DNA of 64,000 nt, taken from Octopus vulgaris. Its lineage: Eukaryota. Shown here in pieces: positions 12,585 through 25,947 of the stretch. Every line of letters begins with the position of its first letter. Positions within the stretch are counted from its first letter, which is position 1. The notes under the pieces were generated by a model. That model was not told the origin of the DNA and searched no databases. It saw only the letters and a program-made list of their open reading frames with translations. A program made the translations under genes and the position numbers. The stretch spans positions 111,910,001 through 111,974,000 of the forward strand of contig OX597820.1 in assembly GCA_951406725.2 (NCBI GenBank), given 5' to 3'.

Positions 12585-12972
12585 TCATCATCATCATTGT
12601 TTAACATCCGCTTTCCATGCTAGCACGGGTTGGACGGTTCGACTGGGGTCTGGGAAGCCAGGAGGCTGCACTAGGCCCAGTCTGATCTGGCACTGTTTCT
12701 ACAGTTGGATGCCCTTCCTAAAGCCAACCACTCCGTGAGTGTAGTGGGTGCTTTTTACGTGCCAGGCAAGGCTTGCAACGACCATGATCGGTTGGGGTTT
12801 TTTACGTGCCACTGGCACGGAGGCCAGTTGAGGCGGCACTGGCATCGGCCACGTACGGATGGTGCTTTTAACATGCCACCAGCACAGGTGCCAGGAGAGG
12901 CTGGCAACAGCCACGATCAGTTGGTGCTTTTTACATGTCACTGGCACGGAGGCCAGTTGAGGCAGCACTGGC
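12585..12972 (-). repeat. RTE 3' tail with several hairpin minisatellite units
   Basis: Begins (CAT)n-gtttaac..ttccatgctagc, the reverse of the RTE end; repeated ggtgcttttacgtgccac..gcac units. Confidence 0.75.
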
Positions 12973-12973
12973 A

Positions 12974-13130
12974 ATGGATGTCAAAAGTCTTTTCACCAAC
13001 ATCTCAGTGACAGAAACTATAAACATAATAATCTTGGATAATGTCTACAGACATCTTACACTAAACCCACTAGTAACTCTATGGAATATATACAAAAGTT
13101 TCTGTTCACCTGCACAACTAAAGTTCCCTT
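12974..13130 (+). mobile_element. Penelope-like RT remnant
   Basis: MDVKSLFTNISVTETINII matches the PLE RT motif DVxSLFTNIP..ETI.II. Confidence 0.6.
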
Positions 13131-13147
13131 CTGTTCACAAGGTAATC

Positions 13148-14337
13148 TTGTATGTGTTAATTTCAACCCTTCTTATTCATAACTACATTGTTTTGTTCAA
13201 GGTAAACTGACATCCAACTATTCAAAGAAGACTTCAAAAGTAACTAGTAGCAACTTCTCTTGAAAACTTACAAAATTTGGCATTGTGGTGTTCTCGAATA
13301 TCTGCAAAAAAAGGGTTTAGCCTCCCAACAACATTCATACTGACATGGTTGCTACATTAAGGGATAATGCTCCAGCTTTATTAACAGTGCTAAAGTGGGC
13401 AGCTGAATTTAGGGAGAGTCTTGAAGAAGATCCAAGATCTGGATGTTCTGTAACTGCCACCCCTGTGGAAAACATTGATCATGTTCATCATGTGGTGATG
13501 GTTGACAGGCAACTGACTATAAATCAAATAGCCAATGCTATTAGCATTGAGAATATTTGTTGAGAATATTCTGCACAATGGACTTGGCATAACAAACGTT
13601 TCTACTCAGTGGATGCCATGTCTTCTGACACCTGATCAAAAGCACATCAGGTTAATTACAATTAAATCATGGCAAAATCTAACATTGTTTGAAGCAGATA
13701 CAGCTAGCCTCCTCGAACATTTCCTAACCCAGGGTGAGTGTTGTCTTCATCGCTTTGAGCCAGAGACAATCCATGCAGTGGAAACATCCCTCCTCATCTG
13801 TTCCAAAGAAGGTCAAGGTCATTTCATTTGTAGGAAATATGATGACCTCAGTTTTGGGGGATGCAAAAGTCATTGTGTTTATTGACCAGCTTCAAAAGGG
13901 CTACATCATCAATGGCGAGTACTATGTCAACTTGGTGAGTTAGTTATGAAAGGCTATCAAGACCAAATGCCCAGGAAAATTGACAAAAGGGGTCCTGTTT
14001 CATTAGGACAATACTTCAATATACAAGTCCTTGGTATCAATGGCTGCTGTGCATAACTGTGGCTTTGAACTGGTTGATCTTGGCCCCATTTGACTACCAT
14101 CTGTTCCCCAACATGAAATAACATTTAGCTGGGAACCAATATTGCAATGACGATGATGATATATCTGCTGTTCGTGACTTTTGATAACCAACAGGATGAA
14201 AACTTCTTCATGAATGGGGATCCAAGCACTGCAACATCAATGGAAGAAGTGTGTGGACTGCATAGGGGACTATGTTAAAAAACAAACCTTATTTGGTCAC
14301 ATTCCTTAAGAGTACTGTCATCTGCTTACCCTTGTAT
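13148..14337 (+). mobile_element. Mariner (DD34D-type) transposon, degraded
   Basis: Fragments KWAAEF.ESLEEDPRSG, DRQLTI, WMPCLLTPDQK (WVPHxL motif), QSMQWKHPSSSVPKK, FHxDN and DLxPxDYHLFP; many frameshifts. Confidence 0.82.
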
Positions 14338-14409
14338 GTATAATTCAACATAACCCTAGTATAAATTCCATAACACAACCCCATTTTCAGATATAAGAAT
14401 AGAAAAAAG

Positions 14410-16251
14410 GGATCTTTTCCTTTTGAACGGCACTTTGTAACATAATTTCTAGGTAACTAAAAAGTTTTAAACTTCGTATACTGGTAGAATGTGCTTATAA
14501 AACATCATTTTCTCTTGGCTTTATTGAGAAAATTCTATAGGTTGTAAGATATTTCGTCTAAAATTTCTAGCATTTCGGAAATTTTAACCAATCGCTGACG
14601 TCCATTTAGGTAAACAACATTCTGTGCATAATGAATATGTCCCACCTTTAAGAAACAGATTGGGTTTATTTACATTTGTGAAGAAAAAAGATACCCTTCT
14701 CCCACCCCTAACCCTAACTCTAACCCTAAATCTAAAATAGATTGAAATGCAATAGATCGATACTAGGGTTATAATTATGGGTGACAATTTCATATGACAC
14801 CGCTACGGAAAATGGGATTTTTTTCCAGCAGTGTCAAATGAAAATGTCACCCATAATTATGGCCCTAGTATCGATCTATTGCATTTCAATCTATTTTAGA
14901 TTTAGGGTTAGAGTTAGGGCTAGGGTATCTTTTTTTCTTCACAAATGTAAATAAACCCAATCTGTTTCTTAACCCTTTCGTTACCAAACCGCCCAAAGCC
15001 GCCCCCCAAAAATTTTGGTTAATGTGACCAAACCGCCCAAAGCCGCCCGAATTTACCTATTCATATTTAAATGAGAATATCAGAGCAAATCTCTTTAGTA
15101 CATTCGTGAAAACATGTGATTATACTTCGTAAACAGTTCATCTACAGTTTTGTACAACGATCGACGTGTAATTTTAATTCCCTGAATTTTGGGAGATTTT
15201 TTTCCACATTTTTTTCGGCATCGATTTTTCTTCAACTTTGAAAATGGATTGGAGTTTCATGTTATCAAGCATTGATTCCGAATTGGAAAATTTGTGAAGC
15301 AAATACTGGGTACTGTTGTGGATTTAGTTTTTATACAGGGAAACTAATGTTAGTCAGCATGGCTTAGGGTATAATGTGGTCTGGAAGTTATTGTTTGAAG
15401 CGATCAATGTGGAAACAAACTTACGCAAAATGTAAACAAATACAAAATGGGGGTTCAAATTTCGGAAAATTTGTGAAGCAAATACTGGGTACTGCGTGGA
15501 TTTAGTTTTTATACAGGGAAAATAATGTAAGTCAGCATGGCCTAGGGAACGATGTGGTCTGGAATTTATCACTTCCATACCATAACCAGGGCCATATATT
15601 ATTTTTTGACCGATTTCTTTAGTTCGGTCAAACTTGCGGTGGATTCCAGTATTTCACTTTATTCCACCTTTATGGTACACCTGTTGTGCATTAAATTCAA
15701 CTGATGATATAGTGATGTGCACAATTCTTCTTTATCAAAATTTTGTTGCATACCCATTTGAATATTAGCTGATGATTCATTTTCTATGGTGATGTTTAAA
15801 CAAAATTTTAATATTTTTACCTTTTGCTCAATTTACCTGGATTTACCTGTAATTAAAGTCACTTTGAGACAAAAGTTATGCAATAGAATTGATTAAGAAC
15901 CCTTTCTTTAATTATGTTCCAAATATCACATTAATATGTTGATAAGTAAAAAAGTTAGTTATTTAATGAAACAAGCCTAGATTCATGATTATTTTAGAAT
16001 TTAATTGAAACTCATGAGGGGTGTATTTTGGTCAGAAATATAGTAACGAAAGGGTTAAAGGAGGGACATATTCATTATGCACAGAATGTTGTTTACCTAA
16101 ATGGATGTCAGCGATTGGTTAAAATTGCTGAAACGTTAGAAGCCAAGAGAAAATGATGTTTTATAAACACATTCTACCAGTATACGAAGTTTAAAACTTT
16201 TTAGTTACCTAGAAATTACGTTACAAAGTGCCGTTCAAAAGGAAAAGATCC
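14410..16251. mobile_element. Foldback/palindromic non-autonomous DNA transposon (about 756 bp without the nested insert), 8-bp TSD
   Basis: Termini GGATCTTTTCCTTTTGAACGGCAC...GTGCCGTTCAAAAGGAAAAGATCC. The arms are near-perfect inverted copies meeting at about 14810. TSD GAAAAAAG at 14402-14409 and 16252-16259. CCCTAA/TTAGGG runs in both arms. Confidence 0.88.
14973..16054 (+). mobile_element. piggyBac non-autonomous derivative nested in the foldback element
   Basis: TTAA duplication (14969-72 and 16055-58) and CCCTTTCGTTAC...GTAACGAAAGGG ends. Removing it restores the foldback arm exactly. Confidence 0.9.
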
Positions 16252-16554
16252 GAAAAAAGAATAAAATATATAGGACAACACTATACATCAGAAAAAAAAC
16301 AAATATATACTTATATATGTATAGTAATAATGAGTATAAAACATTGGTCGATATTAGCATATGCTAATATATTAGCTGCCCCACTGATATAAAGGTACTC
16401 AAATAAGTTAGTAAGCCAGGCCATAAAACAAACAAGAACTATGACTAGTCCCATTTACTTGAACTTGCTGTGACAATCAGTCATGCTAAGCATTCAAGAG
16501 GACTTTGAAGATGTGAAGTTTTATTTCCAGCAAAATAGGAGGAGCACTCTGTTG

Positions 16555-16850
16555 GTTATGAAGACGAGGGTCCCAGCTGATACAATCAATGGAACAGCTT
16601 GCTTGTGAAATTAATGTGCAAGTGGCTGAGTGCTCCACAGACACATATTTCTCAGGGAGATTCAGCATGACACAGAGTGCAATAAGGCTGGCCCTTTGAA
16701 ATACAGGTACAACTCATTTTTGCCAGCTGAGTGGACTGGAGCAATGTGAAATAAAGTGTCTTGCTCAAAGACACAATGTGTCACTGGAAATTGAACTCTT
16801 GACCTTACAATCACGAGCCAAATGCCCCTAACCACTGAGCCATGTGCCTT
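16555..16850 (-). repeat. tRNA-derived SINE with CORE-like body
   Basis: Minus strand: A box tggctcagtggtt, B-box-like gagttcaatttcc, then tctttgagcaagacacttta..ttgctccagtccactcagctg. A related fragment lies at 37720-37880. Confidence 0.7.
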
Positions 16851-17772
16851 CACACACCTACACACTACCATAGCAATGTAAGGACATATCTTCACTAGAT
16901 TTTGCTAAACAGGTAGATTGAATGAAGAGAGTCAGTAGAATATCCACTACATTCATACCTCACAACACTAGATATTTTTTTGTGGAGATCCTTTTACAGT
17001 ACAAAACCAGCAACAGCTGATGAACAGAGGGTAGATATTGAATGAGAAAGCACATAATTACCAATTTTACTACAAACCATTTCATATCACCATATCTCTA
17101 CCACCAGTCAACATTCCCTCTCTCCTAAACTACTTCCAATTGACATTCAGTCATCATTTTTTAAAAATTCTCCCACTCATATTTACCATCAATTCCACCC
17201 CCATTCCATATATTCCCTACCACAATCATTTGACTATCTCCATATTATATCTATATCTCAATCTCCCCTAACACTCTTGCAATGTTACCTATGCATTTTG
17301 ATTCTCCTGTCTCCATACTATCTTCTATTCACTTTCTTGGACATTTTACCACGAGGGTATGTTTTGGTTCCTCATCCTCACCATATTTACCTCCCTTTGT
17401 GACATCACTCCAACCAACTTCACCTACCCATGTAAAAGGTGAAGAGGCCATACATTTTCACAACAAACCTATCCCTATTCCTCATATAAAGTCATCACTC
17501 TATCTCTTATTTTTCCTCCCATGGAAGCAGGGTTTTTTAGTCTTATGAGTTACAAGGCAAGATCACTTAGTGCTGATGCCATGGAAAATAAGCATCTTGT
17601 AGGTTTTTCCATTAGTTGGCATTAAGAAGGGCATCCACTCACAGAACTCATGCTAAAACTGAGAGACTGGAGCAAGATATGGTCCTTTGACCTGTTGGAT
17701 TTTGTTTAACCATGCAACCTATGCCAGCAGGGAAAGTGGATGTAAAAATGATGATGATAGTAACAATGATTT

Positions 17773-17937
17773 GCAGCAGGTGTAGCTGTGGTTGAGAAGT
17801 TTGCTTCACAACCACATGATTTTGGTTTCAATCCCCACTGCACAGCACCTTGGGCAAGTACCTCCTACTGTGGCGCTAGGCAAACTAAATGTTTGTGAGA
17901 TTTGGTAGACAAAAACTGAATGAAATCTCCTGTCATT

Positions 17938-17984
<47 letters not shown>

Positions 17985-18230
17985 GTCTCCTGGTCTTTTT
18001 TGCGCATTATTTGTAAACAAACAACACCATCATACAAGTAATGTTTGTTTGCAATCTTCTGTGGAAATGTATCTATCCATGTTTAAAGCACTAGGGAAAA
18101 TACCTTTGCTTGGTAACAGGTGAGGGTTGGCAACAAAAAGAGAATCTGGAATCTGGCTGTACAAATCTGCCTTAATGGATTTCATCAGACCTATACAAGC
18201 ATGGAAAAGTAGACGTTAAATCGATGATGA
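17773..18230 (+). repeat. tRNA-headed SINE with RTE-type (GAT)n tail
   Basis: Head gtagctgtggtt..aagtttgcttc.caaccacatg..ggtttcaatccc..cttgggcaagt; tail catggaaaagtagacgttaaa..gatgatga. Relatives at 22170-22550, 23130-23530 (-), 29800-29960 (-) and 42990-43295. Confidence 0.7.
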
Positions 18231-18928
18231 TATATGAATATGCACACACATATATATATACACTATAAATACATATACATTTATGTATATACATAGTTTT
18301 ATTAAACAGTTCATCAGATGGCTGTCTCACTTTTTCAACGAATGAATGACCGCAAGGGAATGTATTTACATTGTTTTACTTAATTTCATAGCAAAGGCTT
18401 TCTAATATTTTTAGATCCAGTTTAGTACATATATTTATATCCACGAGTGTGTATTGGGAAGTGAAACTATGATCTTACTGTGAGTTAAACACTAGCTGCT
18501 ACATGCCCCTCTCTCTCTCTCATACACACACACACACTGTAATGCTTATCAATATATAACAGAGTAAAATATGCATGCATGCTAAATATAGAAATCAGAT
18601 CTCTCTTATGTCACACTCTGCTGTATTGGAAGTGAGGAGAATGGTCTATACAACAGAGCCCTAGACATCTTTAAATACAAGAGAGCCATAGCCAGGATGC
18701 CATTGACCATGGATCTGCCCAATTGTGGTTAAAGTACTGTGATGAATGGTAGACAAATGGAGTTAGTTATCACACAGGCATTTAAGGTTGACAAATAAGA
18801 GCACTGTTTCCAACCATTTCGTATTTTTATTATCAGATATCTATGGTATTTGTGTGTGCATATATATTTATATATAATTAAGATAAGCAAATTGTTATTA
18901 ATATAATTTTTATCATAATTCATATTCT

Positions 18929-19115
18929 TTAACACTTTAGCATTTAAACTGGTTGCATCCAGCCTAAATATTCTACCTATTTTATGTTCAGACTGGCCAG
19001 ATCTAGCCTCTCACACCTGTCTTACAATGTGATTCTAAAAATAATCAATCACATCATCAAAATCATGAATTTAATATGTACTACATTTAACAGAATAATT
19101 TGAATGCTAAAACGT
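18929..19115. mobile_element. Small TTAA-type MITE, degraded
   Basis: ttaacactttagcatt...aatgctaaa inverted ends; right end decayed. Confidence 0.45.
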
Positions 19116-20459
19116 ATCCTCTGTTGTTGCTTAGATGTCTTCTAAATTAAAATAGCACCTGGCAAACCTTTTCGCAAGCTCATCTCATTACTAAGTACCT
19201 CCCACTCCCCCCAACTGCTATTCCCTAATCTGGACAAGAAGTACCAGCTACCATTATTTCAATTATTCAACCTACCAATAAACTGAGAGCTTTTCCCCTC
19301 AGCTGTTTACTTCTAGGAATTCACATTTACTAACAAGCTGCCATTATTTCAGTTATGACTCACCAGTCAATTGTAAGCTTCTCTTCTAGGAAATAACATC
19401 CCAGACAAATGCCATAAGTTAAATTACTACAACCCATTTGTCTTTTGTGAACTCTTCTCCCATTCGCTTTTCACATCCAGTATGCAACTTGCTAGTCTTC
19501 TCCTTCCATTTCTAGGACTCATAGACTCCTCTAAAAAAATATGCATAGAGTTGTGGACTCTGTGAGCTATAGGGAAAGCAAAGCTGCTACTCTTTCTCCT
19601 TGCTATGTTTAGGACACAATCTACCAGACAGCTGTCAGTACCTCTCCCTTCTACTTACAGGAATCCATACACTCCAAATTAAATCACCAGTGCACCCTAT
19701 GCTGTCAACACTGAGAGCACCTTCACTACCATTATGGGATTGACAAGTTTATTTTTGAACCTGTGGAAGACACATGAGATGTTGAAATATTATTCATTTG
19801 ATAACAGTTGCACACTTCTTTATTGCTTCTTTACTTTCTGGAGGAGTAACCTCAATCCTATAAATATTATTAATAATAATAGTAATAATAATAAATGCCA
19901 CGATGAAGTACCAAGCAGTGATTCTAATGGCTTTTGATCTTAACTGACTGGAAGTGTTATCATGTACATTGTTTTTCTTGGTATAAAAGATGGGCTACAG
20001 CAAATATTCTACTCAATACCACAGATTTCCTTGTCAGTTGCTTGACCATAACCAGTTGAATATGTCCCTTAGTGGCTGACGATATGTGCATTTCTGATCA
20101 TGAGCAGAAATAGTGGAAGAGCATCATAGCAATGTGTTGAGAGGAATTCTTTGGGGTTTGAATAATTCACCTCTGGAAACATAGGTGTTTTGTTCATCAT
20201 CCTTAAACAAACCTTATTCAGGGATCTTTTGAGCAAGATGGGCTACTCAACTTGAAGAAAATTCTAACTGGGCCCCACCTGCAAGGTCATGCACTGCTTG
20301 TCTTGGTATAAGATCACCATGTTGCACACATATGGTTGTGATGCATATGCCTGGTGTACCCTTATCAGACAAGTAGTCATGATGGTATATTGAGCTTTGT
20401 ATATTTGTACCCCAGTGTCACTTTGATGGCATATATTGCTCTCTCATTCAATAATGATA

Positions 20460-21000
20460 ATAATAATAATGATCCTTTCTACTTTAAACACAAGGCCTGA
20501 AATTTTGAGGGAAGGGGTTAGTTGATTACTGGTACTTATTTTATTGACCTTGAAAGGATGAAAGACAAAGTTGGAAGAAATACCACAAACCATTTTGTCT
20601 GGTGCAGTAATGAGTCTATCAGTTTGCCACCTTAAGAATAATAACCTTTTCTGTTATAGGCACAAGGCGTGAAAGTTTGGGGGAGGGGGCTAGTGAATTA
20701 CATGGACCCCAATGCTTGACTGGTACTTATTTTATCGACCCTGAAAGGATGAAAGGCTAAGTTGACCATATCAGAATTTGAACACAGAACATAAAAATGA
20801 ACAAAATGCTGCTAAACATTTTGCCTGACATGCTAATGATTCTACCAGCTCAGCTTAATAACAACAATAATAATAATAACAATAATAATAATCCTATTAT
20901 AGACACAAGGCCTGAAACTGGGGGGGGGGGGGCAATTACATCAGCCCCAGTACTCAACTGGTACTTTATTATATTGACTCCAAAAGAATAATAATAATCT
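20460..21000 (-). repeat. Three consecutive SINE 3' fragments with (ATT)n tails
   Basis: Repeated cacaaggcctgaaa..ggggg..actggtacttattttatcgacc.tgaaaggatgaaag blocks, each preceded by (AAT)n; a similar piece lies at 42780-42910. Confidence 0.65.
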
Positions 21001-21272
21001 AATAAATGAGAAGACATTACAAGGATACATGAAAAAATCTGAGAGTTTCACAGAATCAACTGTGGGGGGAAAAACATGAAAAAACCCCAAGCAATACAAA
21101 ATGGAATTAATGGCACATCCTGATAGCAGAGTGTGGAGATAATCACTTAAGATGAATCAAGCCACCACACCAAACCACAGATCCAGGATTACCCTGACCA
21201 CTAGGGTCAAGTGCCTTCTGACCAGTGAAATATACATTTTACATAAGAAATGAAAGAGAAGATGCTCTAACC

Positions 21273-21525
21273 CAATGGTTCTCCACCAGGGTCCCTTATG
21301 GCCCTTGGGGGTCCACATAAGATTTTGTGGCTAAAATTTTTGTACAATAAATTGATTATAACTTCAACAATACACAAAACATTAAAATTTTTTTTATACA
21401 ATTCCTAATAATATTTAATTATAAAATTATTATAGGATTTATTAAACATTGAATGGCTATGAGGTCCATCTGAGTAAAATGGTAATCAAAGCGGTCTATA
21501 GGTGGAAAATGGTTGAGAACCACTG
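21273..21525. mobile_element. hAT (Charlie/MER5-like) MITE
   Basis: Ends caatggttctc...gagaaccactg; 8-bp TSD ctctaacc / ctctaatc (one mismatch). Confidence 0.75.
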
Positions 21526-23559
21526 CTCTAATCCGATCAAATGTAAACTGGAACAAGGACATGTAAATCAGGTGTAACAAGTACTCACTACTTTTATTCA
21601 ATCTTTCAAAGATAGTGCTTACTCAACTTATTTCTCCATGAGACTGATCTCTCTGCTTGCAATCTCATTTGGGCCCCTATCCACTAAGAAGTCTGGCCCA
21701 GTTCAGATCAGACCCTAGTATTTTAACAGATACTTCATTAATTCAAAATACTAGCTAGCATGGATTTAACTCTCAGGGAGCCAAGCTGCAGGCCCACAAA
21801 TTTGTCCTGAAAAATCAATCTTTATATTTGCAACTGCAGCTTATTTCCAGTGAACATTTGTGATTTTAGTTTTTCCAGCTAAACTGCCAGATGACTGTAT
21901 CTTTACTTACTCAGCAGATACGGTTTATATTAGCAGCCATGTAGGGCTCTTGTGTCATCAGAGTGAAAAGTAGATTAGTTGACAATAAATAAATAAATAG
22001 ATAAAAGATATATTTTTCAGATAAATATGCTGTGATGTCATTTGGGTTTTTTCTTATATTGTGAAACACATCAATGAAAAAATATTTCAAGTAATACATC
22101 TTTTTTTGTTTTTGCTTTTCCCTCCTTCAATTTATTTCTGTTTGAAATACTAAGAAATAAGTAACAGGAGTGTAGTTAGAGCAGCATGGTAGATTTGCTT
22201 CTAAATCACAAGGTTCTATGTGTGGTCCCACAGAATGGAATGTAGGGCAAGTATCTTCTCCACACTGCCTCACTTTGCAAGAAAAAGTAGATGGAAAATG
22301 TGTGGCAGCCCACTGTCTTACAGACAAGGGGCTCCCCACTCTTTCATTGGTTTACTTATCTTCACCCTCCTAGACTTTCTTTCTCTCTTATATATTTACC
22401 ATTATAAGTGTTGCCCTCCATTTATCTACACGTGTGTCCATATCTGCGTTTGTGTTTACATCACTAAAAACTGGTAATGTTTCATATGTCCTGTAATTTC
22501 ACAGTTCAACAAATATGATCAATAAAATAAACACCAAACTGAAATAGAATCTAGAGTTGACATAACCTTGAAGGCTGAGCCACAACACAACTAGTGACTG
22601 AATGAAGAGGTACTGAGGTGATAGTAGAAGTAGATGATGTAATAGTAGTAGTTGTAGTAGATGACGCAACAATAGTAGTTGTTAATCTCCCAACTAGCCT
22701 TGGCTGAGAGTAGACCAAAAGCATTCCAGTTGTGACCATGTTGTGCTGTAAGGGATAACCACTAGACTGCATTACTGCATTATCATATTTTAAGACAACA
22801 GAGTGATTTGATGGAGATTTGGTGGGAGGTTGTTGGGATGATCTAATTGATAATCTGTTTTGAGTCCAAACTTGGTGAAAGTCAAATTTACCTTTTAATT
22901 TCCTCTTCCCATTCACCCTCTGTCCTCATCCTTGCCACCACTATCATCATAACTTTTCCATGGGTTAGATGAAATTCAGTGAGGCAGTTCTCTTTTTCTA
23001 CATTTGGCTGCTCTTCTTGTCACTATCATTTGTTTCTAATTAAGGTACTTTTTCCCTTAGCTTTTCAACAACAAACAGCTGAATGGCAAGCACATTTTCA
23101 TTGAAAACAATGGCAATAAGAAGAAACAAACACACATCAACGTCATTGGTTTAACATCTACTTTTCCATGTATGCATTCATCAGATAGAATTTGTTGAGA
23201 CAGATTTTCTACAGCCAGATGCACTTCCTGTTGCCAACCCTCATTTGTTTCCAAATCAGGTAATATTTCTCCATGACAAGACATGTTTTCAGAGAAGATT
23301 GGAAATGCAGGAGACTGCTTGCATGACAGTGACACTCATTTACAACTATCACATGATGTTAAGGTAAAGACTCAGTAACACATACACACACATGTAATAT
23401 ATATATATATATATATATGACACACTTCTTTCAGTTTCTGTTTATCAAGTCCACTTGCATAGGGTGCCACAGGGATTAAATCCAGAAGCATGTGGTTGGG
23501 AAGCAAACTTCTTGTCTCACAGCCATACATTTATTTAAAAATCCAAAGTTGGCCCATTC

Positions 23560-23780
23560 TACCGCAATCTCTGAGTATATATGGTAGTTGAAAGGCAAAA
23601 ACACCCAATACTCACTGCATTGGAGCATGGTGAAGCACACAACACCATACACAAGAAAGAAAACCTTGTTGATTATACAACCCGAATCTTAATATTGGGT
23701 TCACAACTTCTGAATGAATGAAATGAACTAATAATCAATTGCAACCATAAAATTCTTAAAACATTTGAGATATTTTTATA
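23560..23780 (+). mobile_element. Penelope-like GIY-YIG C-terminal remnant
   Basis: TAISEYIW*LKGKNTQYSLHWS.VKHTTPY and LLNE*NELIINCNHK, the same family signature as 9492-9884. Confidence 0.6.
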
Positions 23781-24009
23781 CACTGACACAGCTTTACTTG
23801 ATCAAACTTATCAACATTTGCTATATTATTCTAAACCCATACACTACATTAGAATCCCACCATTAACCAAGTTGCTTGTCAACTACTGAATACATTTATC
23901 TTTTTCCCATAGAGTTTCTACTGTAATCTTTTATTCCTGATGGCCATATTCTCCCATGTTTATATCTATATCATCATCATTATCATAATCATGATATTTA
24001 TTTTGATGT

Positions 24010-24420
24010 TGATGTATTTGACTCAACAGGTCTCCTCAAGCACAGCAGGTCATTCTGCAATCCAAGGTACTTTGGATGGGCTGGGGCTATGCGAAACTGG
24101 TGCAGGAAGCAGCCATGAACTCACACTATTTGTCGGGTCTTTGCAGTCACAGCATATCTCCAGAGGTTTCGGTCTTTCATCATTGCTTCTGTGAGGCCCA
24201 ATGTTCGCAGGTCATGCTTGATTACCTCATCCCATGTCTTCCTGGGTCTACCTCTCCCCTGGATACCTTCAACTGTTTGGGAGTGGCAATTCACACATCT
24301 CTCCTCCTCCATCCACAGTACATGACCATACCAGCACAAACGTCTCTCTTGCACCCCACATCTGATGCTTCTTATGTCCAGCATCTCTCTCAGGACGCTT
24401 ACACTCTGTCGTGTGAGACA
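24010..24420 (-). mobile_element. RTE LINE 3' coding fragment
   Basis: RQSVSVLREMLDIRSIRCGVQERRLCWYGHV...RGRPRKTWDEV, nearly identical to the 35640-35900 protein. Confidence 0.85.
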
Positions 24421-24640
24421 TATATAGATGTCTACTGCCATACATAGTATCTGTTCTTTTTAAGTATCGATAGCCACATGTATATATAATTATCTTTATG
24501 TCTGACTGTGTTTATGTCTGCATGTTTATATGTGTCTGAACCTTTCTATGATCAATCATATGGATATATCTGTATATATATATTCCTGTGTGAAGGCCCT
24601 ATATGCACGTATCTTTGTGCGTGTGTGTATGCATACATTA

Positions 24641-24673
<33 letters not shown>

Positions 24674-24784
24674 GTATATGCATGTATGTGTGTATGTCTA
24701 TATCTGTGTGTGTATGTGTGTGTGTTTATGTGCATACATTTATATATGTAAATATGTCTACCTTGTACTTTCACTACTACTTAA

Positions 24785-25873
24785 CCCTTTCGTTACCAAA
24801 CCACCCAAAGCCGCCTTAAAAAAATTTAGGTTTATGTGACCAAACCGCCCAAACCTGCCCGTATTTACCTATTCATATTTAAATGAGAATATCAGAGCAA
24901 ATCTCTTTAGTACATTCGTGAAAACACCTGATTATACTTCGTAAACAGTTCATCTACAGTTTTGTACAACGATCGGAGTGTAATTTTAATTCCGTGAATT
25001 TTGGGAGATTTTTTTTCCGAAATTTGTTCCTATTGTGTTTTCAAAATTTGTAATTCTGACAAAAAATGGATACGAATTTCATTATATCAAGCAGCGAGTC
25101 AGAATTCGAAGGCTTTTCTACTGAAGACCTTGATAAATCTAACTCTATGACTGAAAAAAAAAAGCACGTGGTATTTGATAATGAATTCGATGTTTCATTT
25201 TCTGAAAATGAAACGGTGAATCCGAGAGCTCCGACAGCAATAAAGAAAATGAATTGGCACCTGAATGGAGTGAAAATTTAAAAACTGTTTCTTTCAGTGA
25301 TTTTTCTGAAGAAACTGGACCAAGCCACAATCTTTCCTAGGAGAGTAAAGCCTTAGACTATTTCTTTTTAATTTTTCGAATGAGCCTATTTGAAATCATT
25401 ACAGCGGAAACGAACCATTACGCTAAATGTAAACAAAGCGAAAGAAAGGATACTTTGTGGTTTCCCACAACCTTAAATGAAATTAAGGCTTATTTTGCCA
25501 TAAATATTATTATGGGTATCAGAAAGTTACCCAGAATAACAAATTCTATAGTAAAATTTTGTTGTGTACCCAATTGAATATTAGCTAATAACTCATTTTC
25601 TATAGCAATGTTTGAACAAAAATTTTAATAATTTTATATTTTGTTGAATTTACCTGTATCTACCTGCAATTAGAGTCACTTTGTGACAAAAATTATAGTA
25701 TAGAATTGGTTGAGAACATTTCATTAAATTATCTTCCAAAAATCACATTAATATATTGATAAATAAAAAAGTTATAGTTGTTTAATGAAACCAGACTAAA
25801 TTTATGATTATGTTAGAAATTAATTGAAACACATAAGGTGTGTATTTTGGTCAGAAATATAGTAAGGAAAGGG
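24785..25873 (+). mobile_element. piggyBac internally deleted element retaining the transposase N-terminus
   Basis: TTAA flanks (24781-84 and 25874-77); same ends as 14973-16054. Acidic N-terminus SSSESEFEGF, then LFEIITAETNHYA...WFPTTLNEIKAYFAINIIMGIRKLP (PGBD4-like). Confidence 0.9.
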
Positions 25874-25947
25874 TTAAATAACTGGTTCTCTTGAATCCTA
25901 GAAATTTTTTATGTATATATCTACATATGTCTGTGTGTATATATGTA

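Noticed and set aside
14706-14925. Interstitial telomere or chromosome-fusion scar
   Set aside because: Only about 4 units per side, and they are symmetric parts of a TSD-flanked foldback element.
21906-21960. Minus-strand GTAAGT donor preceded by MTQEPYMAANINRIC
   Set aside because: A stop codon lies immediately before the donor, there is no clear acceptor and no homology; it cannot be supported as an exon.
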